Assembly: GCA_963817715.1 (NCBI GenBank) | Contig: CAWFPG010000009.1 | Coordinates: forward strand, 117,574-181,573 | DNA length: 64,000 nt | Source: an uncultured Gemmatimonadales bacterium | GTDB lineage: Bacteria > Gemmatimonadota > Gemmatimonadetes > Gemmatimonadales > GWC2-71-9 | Reading direction: 5' to 3' | Shown here: positions 29,513-40,515 of the stretch, piece by piece | How the letters are laid out: every line of letters begins with the position of its first letter | How positions within the stretch are numbered: the first letter of the stretch is position 1 | The notes under the pieces: model-generated | Seen by the model: the letters and a program-made list of their open reading frames with translations, nothing else | The model's database searches: none | What the model was told of the DNA's origin: nothing | Translations under genes and position numbers: made by a program

Positions 29513-29890
29513 TCACTTCAGTTCGACGGATGCGCCCTGATCCTCGAGTCGCTTCTTCATCTCCTCGGCCTCGGCCTTCGAGACGCCCTCCTTGATGTTG
29601 CTGGGGGCGCTGTCGACCAGGTCCTTGGCTTCCTTCAGGCCGAGCGAGGTCAGCTCGCGGACGACCTTGATCACGTTGATCTTCTTGTCGCCACAGCCGT
29701 TGAGCACGACGGTGAATTCCGACTGCTCCTCGACCGCTGCGGCCCCACCTGCGCCGCCAGCCGCCGGAGCGGCCGCCGCCAGGACGGAGACGTTGAACTT
29801 CTCCTTGAAGGCCTCGATCAGGTCGGCCAGCTCGAGCACGGTCTTGTCGCCGATCGCGTCGAGAATCTCTTCGTTGGTCATCGTTGCCAT
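29513..29890 (-). CDS. rplL: 50S ribosomal protein L7/L12 (bL12)
   Basis: 125 aa with an Ala-rich hinge and ..[19 protein letters not shown]... Confidence 0.96.
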   Translation of the reverse strand: MATMTNEEILDAIGDKTVLELADLIEAFKEKFNVSVLAAAAPAAGGAGGAAAVEEQSEFTVVLNGCGDKKINVIKVVRELTSLGLKEAKDLVDSAPSNIKEGVSKAEAEEMKKRLEDQGASVELK

Positions 29891-29911
29891 GGTGTCCGTT
29901 CTCCGGGTTGC

Positions 29912-30409
29912 TTACGCGGCCGAGTCGGCCAGACGCTGTTCGCGGAGCGCCTCGAGCGCGCCGACCATCTGATAGAGGATCCCGTTGAGGCCGCCGACCA
30001 TCTGGCCGAGCAGCACGTCCCGGGACGGGATCTCGCCCAGCCGCTGGACATAGGCGGGTTCGACGGCACGGCCGTCGAGCCAGCCACCCTTCACGGTGGG
30101 ACGCTGGTGCTCCTTGGCGAACTCGCCGAGCACCTTCGCGGCGGCCATCGGGTCGGCGCCGGCGAGGACAAAGCCGGTCGTGCCCGAGAGGTGCGCCTCG
30201 ATCTCCGCAATGTCGTTGGCCGCCAGGGCCCGCGACGCCAGGGTGTTCTTGACCACCACATAGCGCGCGCCCGCCGCCCGGAGCCGGCGACGGAACTCCG
30301 TCATCTTCAGCACGTTGAGGCCACTGAAGTCGGTGACGAAGAGGTTGGGCGACCCCTTGATCTGTTCGGTCAGGGTCTCGACCATGTTCTGCCGCTGTGT
30401 CTTGCTCAT
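29912..30409 (-). CDS. rplJ: 50S ribosomal protein L10 (uL10)
   Basis: 165 aa from ATG 30409 ([33 protein letters not shown]). ATGA overlap with the rplA stop. Confidence 0.93.
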   Translation of the reverse strand: MSKTQRQNMVETLTEQIKGSPNLFVTDFSGLNVLKMTEFRRRLRAAGARYVVVKNTLASRALAANDIAEIEAHLSGTTGFVLAGADPMAAAKVLGEFAKEHQRPTVKGGWLDGRAVEPAYVQRLGEIPSRDVLLGQMVGGLNGILYQMVGALEALREQRLADSAA

Positions 30410-31095
30410 CGGTACCCCGCCATGTCGAGCTTGATGCCGGGCCCCATCGTGCTGGAGAGGGTGGCCGACCGGAGATAGGTCCCCTTGGCCGCCGACGGCT
30501 TGGCCTTCACGATCGTCTCCAGGAAGGCGGCGAGATTCTCCGCCAGCTTCTCCTCGGCGAACGACACCTTCCCGATCGGCACGTGCACGTTGCCGGTCTT
30601 GTCGACCCGGAACTCGATCTTGCCGGCCTTGATCTCGGTGACCGCACGGGCCACGTCCATCGTGACGGTGCCGGCCTTCGGGTTCGGCATCATGCCGCGG
30701 GGACCGAGGATCCGGCCCAGCGCGCCGAGCTGGCCCATGACGTCCGGGGTCGCGACGATCACGTCGCAATCGAGCCAGCCGTCCTTGAGCTGCTGGAGGT
30801 ACTCGAGTCCGACGTAGTCGGCCCCGGCGGCCTCCGCCTCCTTGACCCGGTCGCCCTGGGTGATCACCAGCACCCGGACCGCCTTGCCGGTGCCGTGCGG
30901 GAGCACCACGGTGCCACGGACGACCTGGTCGGCGTGGCGGGGGTCGACCCCCAACCGCACCGCGACGTCGACCGTCGCGTCGAACTTGGTGAAGGAGGTC
31001 TGCTTGACCAGCGCGACCGCGTCGGTGGCGGCGTAGAACCGGTCGGCCTCGACCTTGGCGGACGCGGCGCGATACTGCTTGCCTGCGGTCGGCAT
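30406..31095 (-). CDS. rplA: 50S ribosomal protein L1 (uL1)
   Basis: 229 aa from ATG 31095 ([29 protein letters not shown]). The start overlaps the rplK stop. Confidence 0.94.
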   Translation of the reverse strand: MPTAGKQYRAASAKVEADRFYAATDAVALVKQTSFTKFDATVDVAVRLGVDPRHADQVVRGTVVLPHGTGKAVRVLVITQGDRVKEAEAAGADYVGLEYLQQLKDGWLDCDVIVATPDVMGQLGALGRILGPRGMMPNPKAGTVTMDVARAVTEIKAGKIEFRVDKTGNVHVPIGKVSFAEEKLAENLAAFLETIVKAKPSAAKGTYLRSATLSSTMGPGIKLDMAGYR

Positions 31096-31520
31096 CAGTC
31101 GATCACCTCCAGCCCCATCGACCGCGCGGTGCCGGCGATCATCCGCATCGCCGACTCGACGTCGGAGGCATTGAGGTCGGCCATCTTGATCTCCGCGATC
31201 TTGCGGAGCTGCGCGCTGGTCACCTTGCCCACCTTGGTGCGGTTGGGCTGGCCACTGCCCTTCTCCACGCCGGCTTCCTTGAGCAGGAGATTCGGCGCGG
31301 GCGGGGTCTTGGTGATGAAGGTGAAGGTGCGATCCGCAAAGATCGTCACCACCACCGGGATCACCATCCCGGCCTGCGCCTGGGTGCGCGCATTGAACTG
31401 CTTGCAGAACTCCATGATGTTGACCCCATGGGGGCCCAGCGCGGTACCCACCGGTGGCGCGGGATTGGCCGCGCCGGCCGGGCACTGCAGCTTCACCATG
31501 GCCGCGATCTTCTTCGCCAT
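31095..31520 (-). CDS. rplK: 50S ribosomal protein L11 (uL11)
   Basis: 141 aa: [40 protein letters not shown]. Confidence 0.96.
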   Translation of the reverse strand: MAKKIAAMVKLQCPAGAANPAPPVGTALGPHGVNIMEFCKQFNARTQAQAGMVIPVVVTIFADRTFTFITKTPPAPNLLLKEAGVEKGSGQPNRTKVGKVTSAQLRKIAEIKMADLNASDVESAMRMIAGTARSMGLEVID

Positions 31521-31637
31521 GTCACTCCTCTCACGACGCCCGCTGGCGAGGCGGGCCGCCGAATGACGGAAGGGCGCCCATCGCCCATCCTGCCGCCAGT
31601 TGACCCGGGGCGGTCGCCGGGGGGAGCGGGGCTCCCT

Positions 31638-31686
31638 GTCGATCGTCGATGGCTGATGGTCGATCGACCATCGACCATCGACCGTC
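31638..31686. repeat. heptamer-built palindrome (unit GTCGATG / CATCGAC), nusG-rplK spacer
   Basis: Reads gtcgatc gtcgatg gctgatg gtcgatc | gaccatc gaccatc gaccgtc. About 38 nt of near-perfect palindrome centred on ggtcgatcgacc. Starts 4 nt after the nusG stop. Confidence 0.85.
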
Positions 31687-31689
31687 CCG

Positions 31690-32244
31690 CTAGTGCCCGC
31701 GCAGCTGCAGGTAATCCAGCTCCACGGTCGTCGGCCGCCCGAAGAGCGACACCGACACCTTCACCTTCCCCTTCTCGGGGATCACTTCCTCGACGGTGCC
31801 GTTGAAGTCGCTGAACGGCCCCTCGATGATCTCCACGGCCTGGCCGACGAGGAACGGAATCTCCTCCTTCGGCCCGGTGTCGGCCTCTTCCTCGGCGACC
31901 CCGAGGAGACGGTTGACCTCGTCCTCGCGCAGCGGCACGGGCGCCTTGCTGGTCCCGACGAACTTGATCACGCCCTGGATCGAGTTGACGAGGTGCTGGG
32001 CCTCCTGGCTCATCCCCATCTGCACGATCACGTAGCCGGGGTAGAGCTTGCGCTCCACCGTGACCTTCTTGCCGTTCTTGATCTCGACCACGTCCTGGGT
32101 CGGGACCAGGGCCTGGGCGACCAGCTTCTCCCCCTCGGGGCGCGGGTCGTCCTGGATCCGGCGTTCCAGCAGCGAGCGGACCTTGTTCTCGTGACCGGCC
32201 GTGGTCTGGATCGCGTACCAGCGATACTCCGCCATGGTCGTCAT
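31690..32244 (-). CDS. nusG: transcription termination/antitermination factor NusG
   Basis: 184 aa from ATG 32244 ([22 protein letters not shown]...[17 protein letters not shown]). The start overlaps the secE stop. Confidence 0.93.
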   Translation of the reverse strand: MTTMAEYRWYAIQTTAGHENKVRSLLERRIQDDPRPEGEKLVAQALVPTQDVVEIKNGKKVTVERKLYPGYVIVQMGMSQEAQHLVNSIQGVIKFVGTSKAPVPLREDEVNRLLGVAEEEADTGPKEEIPFLVGQAVEIIEGPFSDFNGTVEEVIPEKGKVKVSVSLFGRPTTVELDYLQLRGH

Positions 32245-32477
32245 CACCGCGACAGCAACGCGACGCCGTCGACCAGGATCAGCTGGAGCGCCTTGTCGAC
32301 CAGGCCGATCGCCACGCCGAGGAGCAGTGACCCGAGGATCACCGCGCGAGTGGACGCCGTCAGCTCGACCTTGCCGGGCCAGCTGACCTTGTCCATCTCG
32401 ATCCGGGTGTCGACCAGGAAGTCGCGAACCATCCCGATCTTTCCCGGCTCCTCGTGCTGGATCTGCTCTGCCATCAT
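32244..32477 (-). CDS. secE: preprotein translocase subunit SecE
   Basis: 77 aa from ATG 32477 (MMAEQIQ..VRDFLVDTRIEMDKVSWPGKVELTASTRAVILGSLLLGVAIGLVD), with a single C-terminal TM. Position upstream of nusG. Confidence 0.88.
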   Translation of the reverse strand: MMAEQIQHEEPGKIGMVRDFLVDTRIEMDKVSWPGKVELTASTRAVILGSLLLGVAIGLVDKALQLILVDGVALLSR

Positions 32478-32495
32478 CACTCCCTGCCGCTGAAC

Positions 32496-32556
32496 CACCA
32501 TCGCGATGGTGGTCGATGGTCAATGGTCCTTGGTCGATCGACCATCGACCATCGAC

Positions 32557-32557
<1 letters not shown>
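32496..32557. repeat. heptamer-built palindromes (same GGTCGAT / ATCGACC unit as 31638-31686), tuf-secE spacer
   Basis: caccatcgcgatggtg is a perfect 16-nt palindrome (32496-32511). It is followed by ggtcgat ggtcaat ggtcctt ggtcgat | cgaccat cgaccat cgacc, ending at the tuf stop codon. Confidence 0.85.
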
Positions 32558-33759
<1,202 letters not shown>

Positions 33760-33811
33760 TGCGACGTTCCTCGTCAATACCCGGTTCAGTGTCAGCTTCG
33801 AGTCCCGATAA

Positions 33812-33874
33812 GTGAGTCCTGAGAGTGCTTCGCGCGGCGTCGCCGGGCGACTGCGATCTCAGGACTCAGGACTC
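33812..33874. repeat. heptamer-arm hairpin (unit AGTCCTG / CAGGACT), tRNA-tuf spacer
   Basis: gtgagtcctgaga (33812-33824) pairs with tctcaggactcaggactc (33857-33874). The loop contains gtcgcc-g-ggcgac. Confidence 0.75.
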
Positions 33875-33898
33875 CATCCCTCACTTCTGCTCCCACAG

Positions 33899-33971
<73 letters not shown>

Positions 33972-34049
33972 ATCCCTGCTGTTGCCACCATCCGACGGTC
34001 GGTCGGTCCCCTCCCTCACGACGACCGGCCCACCTTGCGGGCCGGTCAG

Positions 34050-34122
34050 AGCGGGCGACGGGACTCGAACCCGCGACCCTCAGCTTGGAAGGCTGATGCT
34101 CTACCAACTGAGCTACACCCGC
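34050..34122 (-). tRNA. tRNA-Gly (anticodon UCC)
   Basis: Minus strand reads GCGGGTGTAGCTCAGTTGGTAGAGCATCAGCCTTCCAAGCTGAGGGTCGCGGGTTCGAGTCCCGTCGCCCGCT. Anticodon loop CTTCCAA. Confidence 0.9.
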
Positions 34123-34147
34123 AACGGTCGCGTCCCGCGCCAACAAG

Positions 34148-34232
34148 TGGTGGGGGTAGGATTCGAACCTACGTAGGGCGTAAGCCCGGCAGATTTACAG
34201 TCTGCTGCCATTAGCCACTCGGCCACCCCACC
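34148..34232 (-). tRNA. tRNA-Tyr (anticodon GUA), long variable arm
   Basis: Minus strand reads GGTGGGGTGGCCGAGTGGCTAATGGCAGCAGACTGTAAATCTGCCGGGCTTACGCCCTACGTAGGTTCGAATCCTACCCCCACCA. Anticodon loop CTGTAAA; class II variable arm. Confidence 0.9.
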
Positions 34233-34276
34233 GTGGCCTGCCCTTCCCCGGTCTCGCTGGCCGACGCCCAGGTCGC

Positions 34277-34352
34277 TGGAGCTGACGGTGGGTCTCGAAC
34301 CCACGACCTCCCGCTTACAAGGCGGGTGCTCTACCAGCTGAGCTACGTCAGC
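34277..34352 (-). tRNA. tRNA-Thr (anticodon UGU), 3' CCA present in DNA
   Basis: Minus strand reads GCTGACGTAGCTCAGCTGGTAGAGCACCCGCCTTGTAAGCGGGAGGTCGTGGGTTCGAGACCCACCGTCAGCTCCA. Anticodon loop CTTGTAA. Confidence 0.9.
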
Positions 34353-34381
34353 CAAAAAGCCCGGTTCCCCGGCAGACCCCA

Positions 34382-34410
34382 AGGATACTTGAGGGGCAAG
34401 TGGGCGTCAA
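34382..34410 (-). promoter_or_regulatory. sigma70-type promoter candidate for the tRNA(Thr-Tyr-Gly-Thr)-tuf operon
   Basis: Minus strand reads TTGACG, then a 17-nt spacer, then TATCCT, ending about 30 nt upstream of the first tRNA 5' end. Confidence 0.6.
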
Positions 34411-34484
34411 CGGGTCACTGCTGCCCCGTTCCGCGGCCGAGGCCGCGGCTCGGCACCAGCCCCTCGCAGGAGGGGGTAGCGGCT

Positions 34485-35978
34485 CTAACGCCTCACCACC
34501 TCGGCGGTGCCGTCCTTCCGGTCCCGCACCTCCCAGCCCGCCGCCGCCAGCAGGTCGCGGATCCGGTCCGATTCGGCGTAGTCCTTCTCCATTCGGGCCG
34601 CCAGCCGACGGTTGGCCCACGCCAGGGCCCAGGCCTGGGCCTCCGCCGCATCGGCCGGCCCCTGCTCGCCGAGTTCCGTCGCTGTGGTGGTGACTTGGCC
34701 GCCTTCAGCCTTGAGCGTAGAGCTCGGCTCGGGCAGCACCTGGAGTACTCCGGTCGCCCTGGCCCATGCCTCCCGAAACGCCTCGCACGGCAGCTCGCCG
34801 GCGTCGAGCAGCCGGTTGCCCTCCTTGGCCGCCTCGAAGAGCGCTGCCAGCGCACGGGGGGTGTTGAGGTCGTCGTCCATCGCCTTGCCGAAGTCCTTGC
34901 CGAGCCGGGTGGCCGCGAGCTCGAAGCCGGGCGAGCCGTCGTCCCCGGCCTGCCGGAGACGGGCCTCGAACACCCCCAGCCGTCGCGAACCCTCCCGGGC
35001 GGCGTCGAGCGAGTCGTCGGTGAAGTCGAGCGGTGCCCGGTAGTGGGTGGTGGCAAACAGCAGCCGCACGGTGCCGGGGTCGACCCCCTCCTCGCGCAGG
35101 TCGCGCGCGGTGAGGATGTTGCCGAACCGCTTGCTCATCTTGGTGCCGGCCATGGTGAGGAACTCGCCATGGACCCAGAAGCGGGCGAACTCCGGCTCGC
35201 CGGTATGGGCGCAGCTCTGGGCGATCTCGTCCTCGTGGTGCGGGAAGACCAGGTCGATCCCGCCGGCATGGATGTCGAGCACGTCGGCGCCCAGCTTCCG
35301 CTTGATCGCCTCGAGCGCCATCGCCGAGCACTCGAGGTGCCAGCCGGGGCGGCCGCGACCGAAGGGGGCGTCCCAGGCGGCGCCCACCTGCTCGTCGTCG
35401 GGACGGGCGGCCTTCCAGAGGACGAAGTCGCGGGCGTCCTCCTTGGTGTACTCGTCCTCGCTGGTGCGGCCGCTGGCGCCGCCCTTGAGCTCGCGGGTGT
35501 CGAGCCGCGACAGCTTGCCATAGGCCGGGAAGCGGGCGATCGCGAAGTAGACCGAGCCGTCGTCGCCCTTGTAGGCCACGCCCTTGGCGAGCAGCGACTC
35601 CACGAGCGCGATCATCGGCTCGATGAATTCGGTGGCGCGGGGATACTCGTGAGCCGGCAGGATGCGCAGGTAGTCTCGATCGGCGAAGAACGCGTCGACG
35701 TACGGCGCGGTGTACTCCACCAGCGGCTTCCCTGCGGCGCGGGCACCCTTGATCGTCTTGTCGTCGACGTCGGTGAGGTTCATCACCTGGAACACGTCGT
35801 AGCCGCTCGCCTCCAGCCAGCGCCGCAGCACGTCCTCGAAGAGGAACGTCCTGAAGTTGCCGATGTGGGCGTAGTTGTAGACCGTCGGGCCGCAAGTGTA
35901 GAGCGACACGTGCGGGGGCCTGAGCGGCGCGAACGGATCGACGGATCGGGTCAGCGTGTTGTGCAGCCGGAGCGTCAC
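34485..35978 (-). CDS. cysS: cysteine--tRNA ligase
   Basis: 497 aa: CGPTVYNYAHIGNFRTF (HIGH-type motif) and KMSKRFGN (KMSKS motif). Confidence 0.95.
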   Translation of the reverse strand: MTLRLHNTLTRSVDPFAPLRPPHVSLYTCGPTVYNYAHIGNFRTFLFEDVLRRWLEASGYDVFQVMNLTDVDDKTIKGARAAGKPLVEYTAPYVDAFFADRDYLRILPAHEYPRATEFIEPMIALVESLLAKGVAYKGDDGSVYFAIARFPAYGKLSRLDTRELKGGASGRTSEDEYTKEDARDFVLWKAARPDDEQVGAAWDAPFGRGRPGWHLECSAMALEAIKRKLGADVLDIHAGGIDLVFPHHEDEIAQSCAHTGEPEFARFWVHGEFLTMAGTKMSKRFGNILTARDLREEGVDPGTVRLLFATTHYRAPLDFTDDSLDAAREGSRRLGVFEARLRQAGDDGSPGFELAATRLGKDFGKAMDDDLNTPRALAALFEAAKEGNRLLDAGELPCEAFREAWARATGVLQVLPEPSSTLKAEGGQVTTTATELGEQGPADAAEAQAWALAWANRRLAARMEKDYAESDRIRDLLAAAGWEVRDRKDGTAEVVRR

Positions 35979-36926
35979 GACTCCTCACCCGCCTTCGGTG
36001 TCTGGCGCAGGTGCACGGTGCGCTGCGGGAACGGGATCTCGATCCCCTCGCGGTCGAAGCGGTTCTTGACCCGGCGCCGGAACTCGCGGGCCACCTCCCA
36101 CTGGAAGCCCGGCTGGGTGCGCAGCATGGTGCGGAGGGTGACCGCGCTGTCGTCGAGCCCCTGCACACCGGCCACCTCGGGCGCTTCGTCGAGCTTGGGC
36201 TTCCAGCCGCCGTCGGCGAAGAATGCCGCCGCCTCGTCGCGGAGCACCTCGAGGGCGTGGTCGATGTCGGTGTCGTATGCGACCCCGACGTCGAGCACCA
36301 CCCGCGACCAGAGCCGGGTCTTGTTGCTCACCGTGGTGATCTGGCCATTGGGCACGAAGTGAACGACGCCCTCGACGTCGCGGAGCACCACCACTCGCAG
36401 CGTCATCCTCTCGACCGCGCCAGCTTTCCCGGCCACCTCGATCACGTCGCCGACATCGAACTGGTTCTCCGACAGGATGAAGAAGCCGCCGATGAGGTCC
36501 TTGACCAGCGACTGCGAGCCGAACGACACCGCCAGGCCGATCACGCCGGCGCCGGCGAGCAGCGGCCCGATGTCCATGAAGATGTCGAGCGTGAGGATCA
36601 GCGCGAAGACCAGGATCACGATCCAGCCGACGCCCTTGAGCAGCCCGGAGATCGTCTGGGCGCGCTTCTCCCCATAGGAGAGGTGGGAGTCATCGCCGTC
36701 GTCGGCGAGCCGGATGATGTGGGCGGCGACCAGCTTGAGGCCCGACCCAGGCGGCCAGCGCCAGCAGCCAGATGATCAGGATCCGCACGCCATAGGCGCG
36801 GGCCGTCTCGAGCTCCACCCCGAAGGCGGCGAAGAAGCGCTCCAGGGTGGTGGAGAGGTCGGGGAGGGTGCCGAATGGGAGCGGAATCATCTGGGCAAAG
36901 TGGCCGGGAGAGCGCCGGAGGGTCAA
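35975..36926 (-). CDS. MscS-family mechanosensitive channel, reading frame broken once
   Basis: ORF 35975..36619 has the MscS core (GSQSLVKDLIGGFFILSENQFDVGDVIEV..GVVHFVPNG). The N-terminal TM part (TTG 36926, ..AYGVRILIIWLLALAAWVG) is in ORF 36690..36926. The break is at GTCGGGCCTCAAG (about 36739-36743). Length is 952 nt (3n+1). Confidence 0.8.
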
Positions 36927-37327
36927 CGTCGCCCTCCGTCGCTCCGCTCCTCAGGGTGGCAGGGGGTCAGGCCTCGACCACCCGCGACCCTCGGACCGCC
37001 ACCCCCCGCGACAGCAGCTCGGCGAGGACCTCCTCGGGGGAGAGGTCGTCGAGCGCCACCGCCGCCCGGTTCTCCCCCAGCGGCAGCAGCACCAGGGGGG
37101 TAGGTCGGGGAAACGGCCCGGCCATGGGGCCGAGGTCGAGAACCAGCATCCGGCGTCGCATGGCGGGGACGATACCGAGCGGATCGTCACCGGGCCGTCA
37201 CGGTGGCGCGGCAGGGCGGCACGCGGGAACGCGACACGCGGCCGCTCCCCTCGGGGAGCGCTCGCCGGGTCAGGCGATACGCGCGCCGCGGGCGGCGCGC
37301 CAGCGGCTTCCGGGACCCGATCCCGGT

Positions 37328-37357
37328 TTGACGTGGACCGCCGCCGATCACTAGGTT
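37328..37357 (+). promoter_or_regulatory. sigma70-type promoter candidate upstream of the VOC-domain gene
   Basis: TTGACG, then an 18-nt spacer, then TAGGTT, about 80 nt upstream of ATG 37439. Confidence 0.4.
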
Positions 37358-37438
37358 GCCATTCGCGCATCGGGGTGCATCGGCAATCCGCCGAAAGGGC
37401 CAGGCCCGCCCGCTGGAACCTTCAGCCGGAGCGCACGC

Positions 37439-38077
37439 ATGCCCACCATCGAGACCTACCGCAAGCAGGCCAAGCAGCTCGTCCACTGGCATCGCGACCG
37501 CAACTACTCGGTCGGGGAGAGGGTCCGTCTCCTCGAGCGGTACCGCGAGCTGTCCGACGTCGAGATCCTCGACATGCCGCTGCCGCTCACCCTGGCCCAG
37601 GAAGTCGTGGCGGTGGAGGCGGGCTTCGTCGACTGGGCGGCGCTCAAGGCCGGCGCGGAACCGGTGAAACAGCCGACCGGCCCCACCAGCGCGCCGCCCG
37701 AGCTCACGTCGGTGACGCCGATCCTCTTCACCAGGGACGTCGCGACCACCGCCGAGTTCTACCGCGACATGCTCGGCTTCGCCATCGACTTCCTGCACGG
37801 CAAGCCGGCCTTCTACGGCGCAGTCTCGCGCGACGGGGTGTGCATGCACCTGCGGCACGTGGACCGGCCCAACTTTCCCGAGCTCGCCGCGCGCGAGGAG
37901 GCGCTGATCCTCGCCACGGTCGAGGTCACCGACGTCAAGGCGCTGCACGCCGAGTTCGAGGAGCGCGGCGTGCCGATCGCGCGGGCGCTGATGCGCCAGG
38001 CATGGGGTGGGCTCGATTTCCACGTGCGCGACCCGGCCGGCAACGAGATCTCGTTCGTGGAATTCCGGGGGGCGTAG
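37439..38077 (+). CDS. VOC (glyoxalase/bleomycin-resistance) domain protein with about 85-aa N-terminal helical domain
   Basis: 212 aa. The C-terminal half (ILFTRDVATTAEFYRDMLGF..DFHVRDPAGNEISFVE) fits the paired beta-alpha-beta-beta-beta VOC fold. Confidence 0.75.
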   Translation: MPTIETYRKQAKQLVHWHRDRNYSVGERVRLLERYRELSDVEILDMPLPLTLAQEVVAVEAGFVDWAALKAGAEPVKQPTGPTSAPPELTSVTPILFTRDVATTAEFYRDMLGFAIDFLHGKPAFYGAVSRDGVCMHLRHVDRPNFPELAAREEALILATVEVTDVKALHAEFEERGVPIARALMRQAWGGLDFHVRDPAGNEISFVEFRGA

Positions 38078-38089
38078 GCGCGCCCCTCG

Positions 38090-38115
38090 CTGCCGGCCCG
38101 CTTGCGGGCTGGCAG
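38090..38115 (+). terminator. stem-loop after the VOC gene (no U-tract)
   Basis: ctgccggcccgc-tt-gcgggctggcag: a 12-bp stem with one G.U pair, 13 nt after the stop. Confidence 0.4.
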
Positions 38116-38148
38116 AGGCCGGCGTCCGGGCGGGATCAGCCGCGCCGC

Positions 38149-38192
38149 GATCCCTCGACCTCGGTCGCTCCGCGGCCTCCGCTCGGGATGAC
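38149..38192 (-). repeat. REP-like hairpin element, copy 3
   Basis: Minus strand reads GTCATCCCGAGCGGAGGCCGCGGAGCGACCGAGGTCGAGGGATC. Confidence 0.65.
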
Positions 38193-38200
38193 GGTCGATC

Positions 38201-38228
38201 GCCCGTCGCCCGTCGCCCGTCGCCTGTC
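38201..38228. repeat. direct heptamer array GCCCGTC x3 + GCCTGTC
   Basis: Four tandem units immediately after the stop (38234) of the GWxTD-like gene. Same unit family as 17571-17647. No inverted partner is nearby. Confidence 0.8.
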
Positions 38229-38233
38229 GCGCC

Positions 38234-40515
38234 TCACCGGACCAGCAGCCTCGCCGACCGTCGCGCCTCGGCGCCGGTCGCCGTGTCGGTCACCGTCAGT
38301 TCCAGGCGGTACTCGCCCTTGTCGAGCGTGTCGATGCCCAGCTCGCGCTGCAACTCGTTGATCCCGGCCGTGAGTGGCCCGGTGAACGCCACCTCGATCG
38401 CCGGCTTCTCGCCCCGCGCCCCCACCTCATAGAGCGCCACCCGCGTGGACACCTCCTCTCGCGCGGTGGTGCTCCGCACCTGCCAGTAGAGCGCCATCGG
38501 TTCCTGGCGGTCGAAGGTGCCGAGCGGGGCGAGCGGCACCACCTTGCCGGACGTGGTGGTCCAGTGCTGCCTTGCGACGGTGCGCCGAGGATCAGGTCGG
38601 AGAGCCGGAGCGCGTCGGCGCCCAGGGCCGGCTTGTCGTCTTCCCAGGCACGACCCCGTCGATCGTCGCCCTGCTGGGCGATCAGTGACCAGGCACTCAC
38701 CCCGGTGGAGGTCGGGGTGACCAGGTAGCCCGTCAGGTGCGACGACTTGCGCAGCTTGTCGGGCAACCGCAGCCGGCGGATCACGTCGGTCGCCTGCCAG
38801 CTCACCTTGACCGGGTCCCATTGGCGCAGGGTGAGGGCGATCGTGGCGGTGATGCCGGTCGAGTCGTCGGTGCGCTCCACGTCGCCGACCTTGATCGCGT
38901 AGGGGATCACGGCGAGTGGGGCGCCGGTTCGGGGATCCCAGATGCGTGAGAGCTGCGCGACGACCGAGATCGGATGCTCGACCCGGACTGAGTTGTCGTC
39001 CTTGGTAGTGGCCTCGCGGATGATGTTCTCATCCTCGAACCGCAGTTCGGCAACCTTCTCGAGCGGAAGGCCCATGCTGGAGGAGCGGTTGGTCAACCGG
39101 CATCGGTAAGAATCAACGTCGCAGAGATACTGGCCGAGGACCCCAGCCACCAGCCGAGTCGCGCCCACCGACCCGTCGAATTGCTCGCCTTCGAAGTTCA
39201 GAAGGAGATGCGCCCCGTCGACCTGGTATGCCCATGCCTCTCGGACATTCGTGTGCGTGCCCAACGGATGACAGAGGTTGAGCGAGAAGTCGTTGGCGCT
39301 GCCGCCACCAAAGCCGGTGGTGTCACCGGAATCACACCGCCCGGCCGATCTGCGGGCCGACGGAAGCGAAATCGAGCCCGACCAAGGAATTCGGCTGGTC
39401 GGTGCTCCCCAGCGCATCCAGACCTCAGCGCGATCGTCGTATCGCGGATGAGTGCGCCGAAAGTAGCGAAATGCTTGCGCGGGAATCACCGCCGGATTCC
39501 CCCAGCCGGCAACCCAGCCATCACCAAGGTCGTTGTCTGGCATCGCGGCGACCGCGAACCGACCAAGGCTGCGCACTGGGACGTCTGTCCGGAAACTCGA
39601 ATCGACCACGGTCAGCCGTTCGAAGTGTTCCGCCATCCTGCTCCCCGGGGCTCGTCCATCGCGCACGTCGCGCGACGCGAAGCGATCGCGCACCCAGGCG
39701 GCGCGCGCCGAATCCGGCAGCCCGCGCCACGCCGCCTCCTCGTCGGGCTCCAGGAACCAGCGCAGGTGCCAGCCGACCTCGCTCCAAGCCGTCGAGTCAT
39801 GGGCGGCGGCGAGCGCACCGTTGAACAACTGCTGACCCGACGTGGTGTCGGCCGCATCGAATGCCGCCCACGCGAGCTGCAGCAGCTGCCAGGTGGAGTC
39901 GACGCCGGCGTCGAGCGCCGCTCGGGCACAGCGCAGCTCCGCAGCACGATCACCGCTGCGCCGAGACAGCTCGGTGCAGCCGCGCAGTGCCCTGGCGCCT
40001 CGCACGCCACCGTCGACTGCCGCGACCAGTGCGGCCGTGGCCCGCTCCCGCTCCGGCGGGACGTTCTCGTCGAGCATCAATTCGCCGAGCAGCTCGGCGG
40101 CCTGATCGTGCGCCGGGTCGCGATCGAGCGCCTCGAGCAGCGACCGGATCGCGCCCTTGTGCCACGAGTCGCCGAGGACCATCAGCGGGCCGGCGTGGGC
40201 GATCGCCTGGGCCGAGTAGAGCAGCGCCCGGGCACAACCGAGGCGCAACCAGGTCGTGGCGTCGGCACCGTTCACGGTGGCCGCGATGCGTCGTTCGCCG
40301 GCCAGCAGCGCCGAGCGGTCGTCGGGATGGTCGCTGGGACAGGCGGTGTGGATCCGGGCATCGGCCGCCGCGATCATGGCGCGGAGGTCAGGCATGCCGG
40401 ATTCGCCAGACTGGGCGGCGAGGGGGGCGAGTGCCCCGGCTATCGCCGTCGCCAGCATCAGCCGCGCCGCAAGCGACGCGGCAGCACGCCATTCGGCGGA
40501 GGGCGATCGCCTCAT
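38234..40515 (-). CDS. GWxTD-like domain secreted protein (paralog B), reading frame broken once
   Basis: ATG 40515 (MRRSPSAEWRAAASLAARLMLATAIAGALAPLAAQSG, a signal peptide) overlaps the upstream stop as ATGA. ORF 38296..41019 carries ...HPRYDDRAEVWMRWGAPTS (a WxxDRG..Y.YG.PD-like GWxTD core). The C-terminus continues in ORF 38234..38821 (HWTTTSGKVVPLAPLG...RSARLLVR). The break is near 38565-38572. Length is 2282 nt (3n+2). Confidence 0.7.

Noticed and set aside
36967-37161. 64-aa minus-strand ORF (MRRRMLVLDLGPMAGPF...DDLSPEEVLAELLSRGVAVRGSRVVEA) in the 512-nt gap between the MscS-like gene and the VOC gene.
   Set aside because: Its composition and GC3 look coding-like. However, there is no Shine-Dalgarno sequence and no recognisable family, and it could be a fragment of a gene disrupted by indels. 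Left unannotated.
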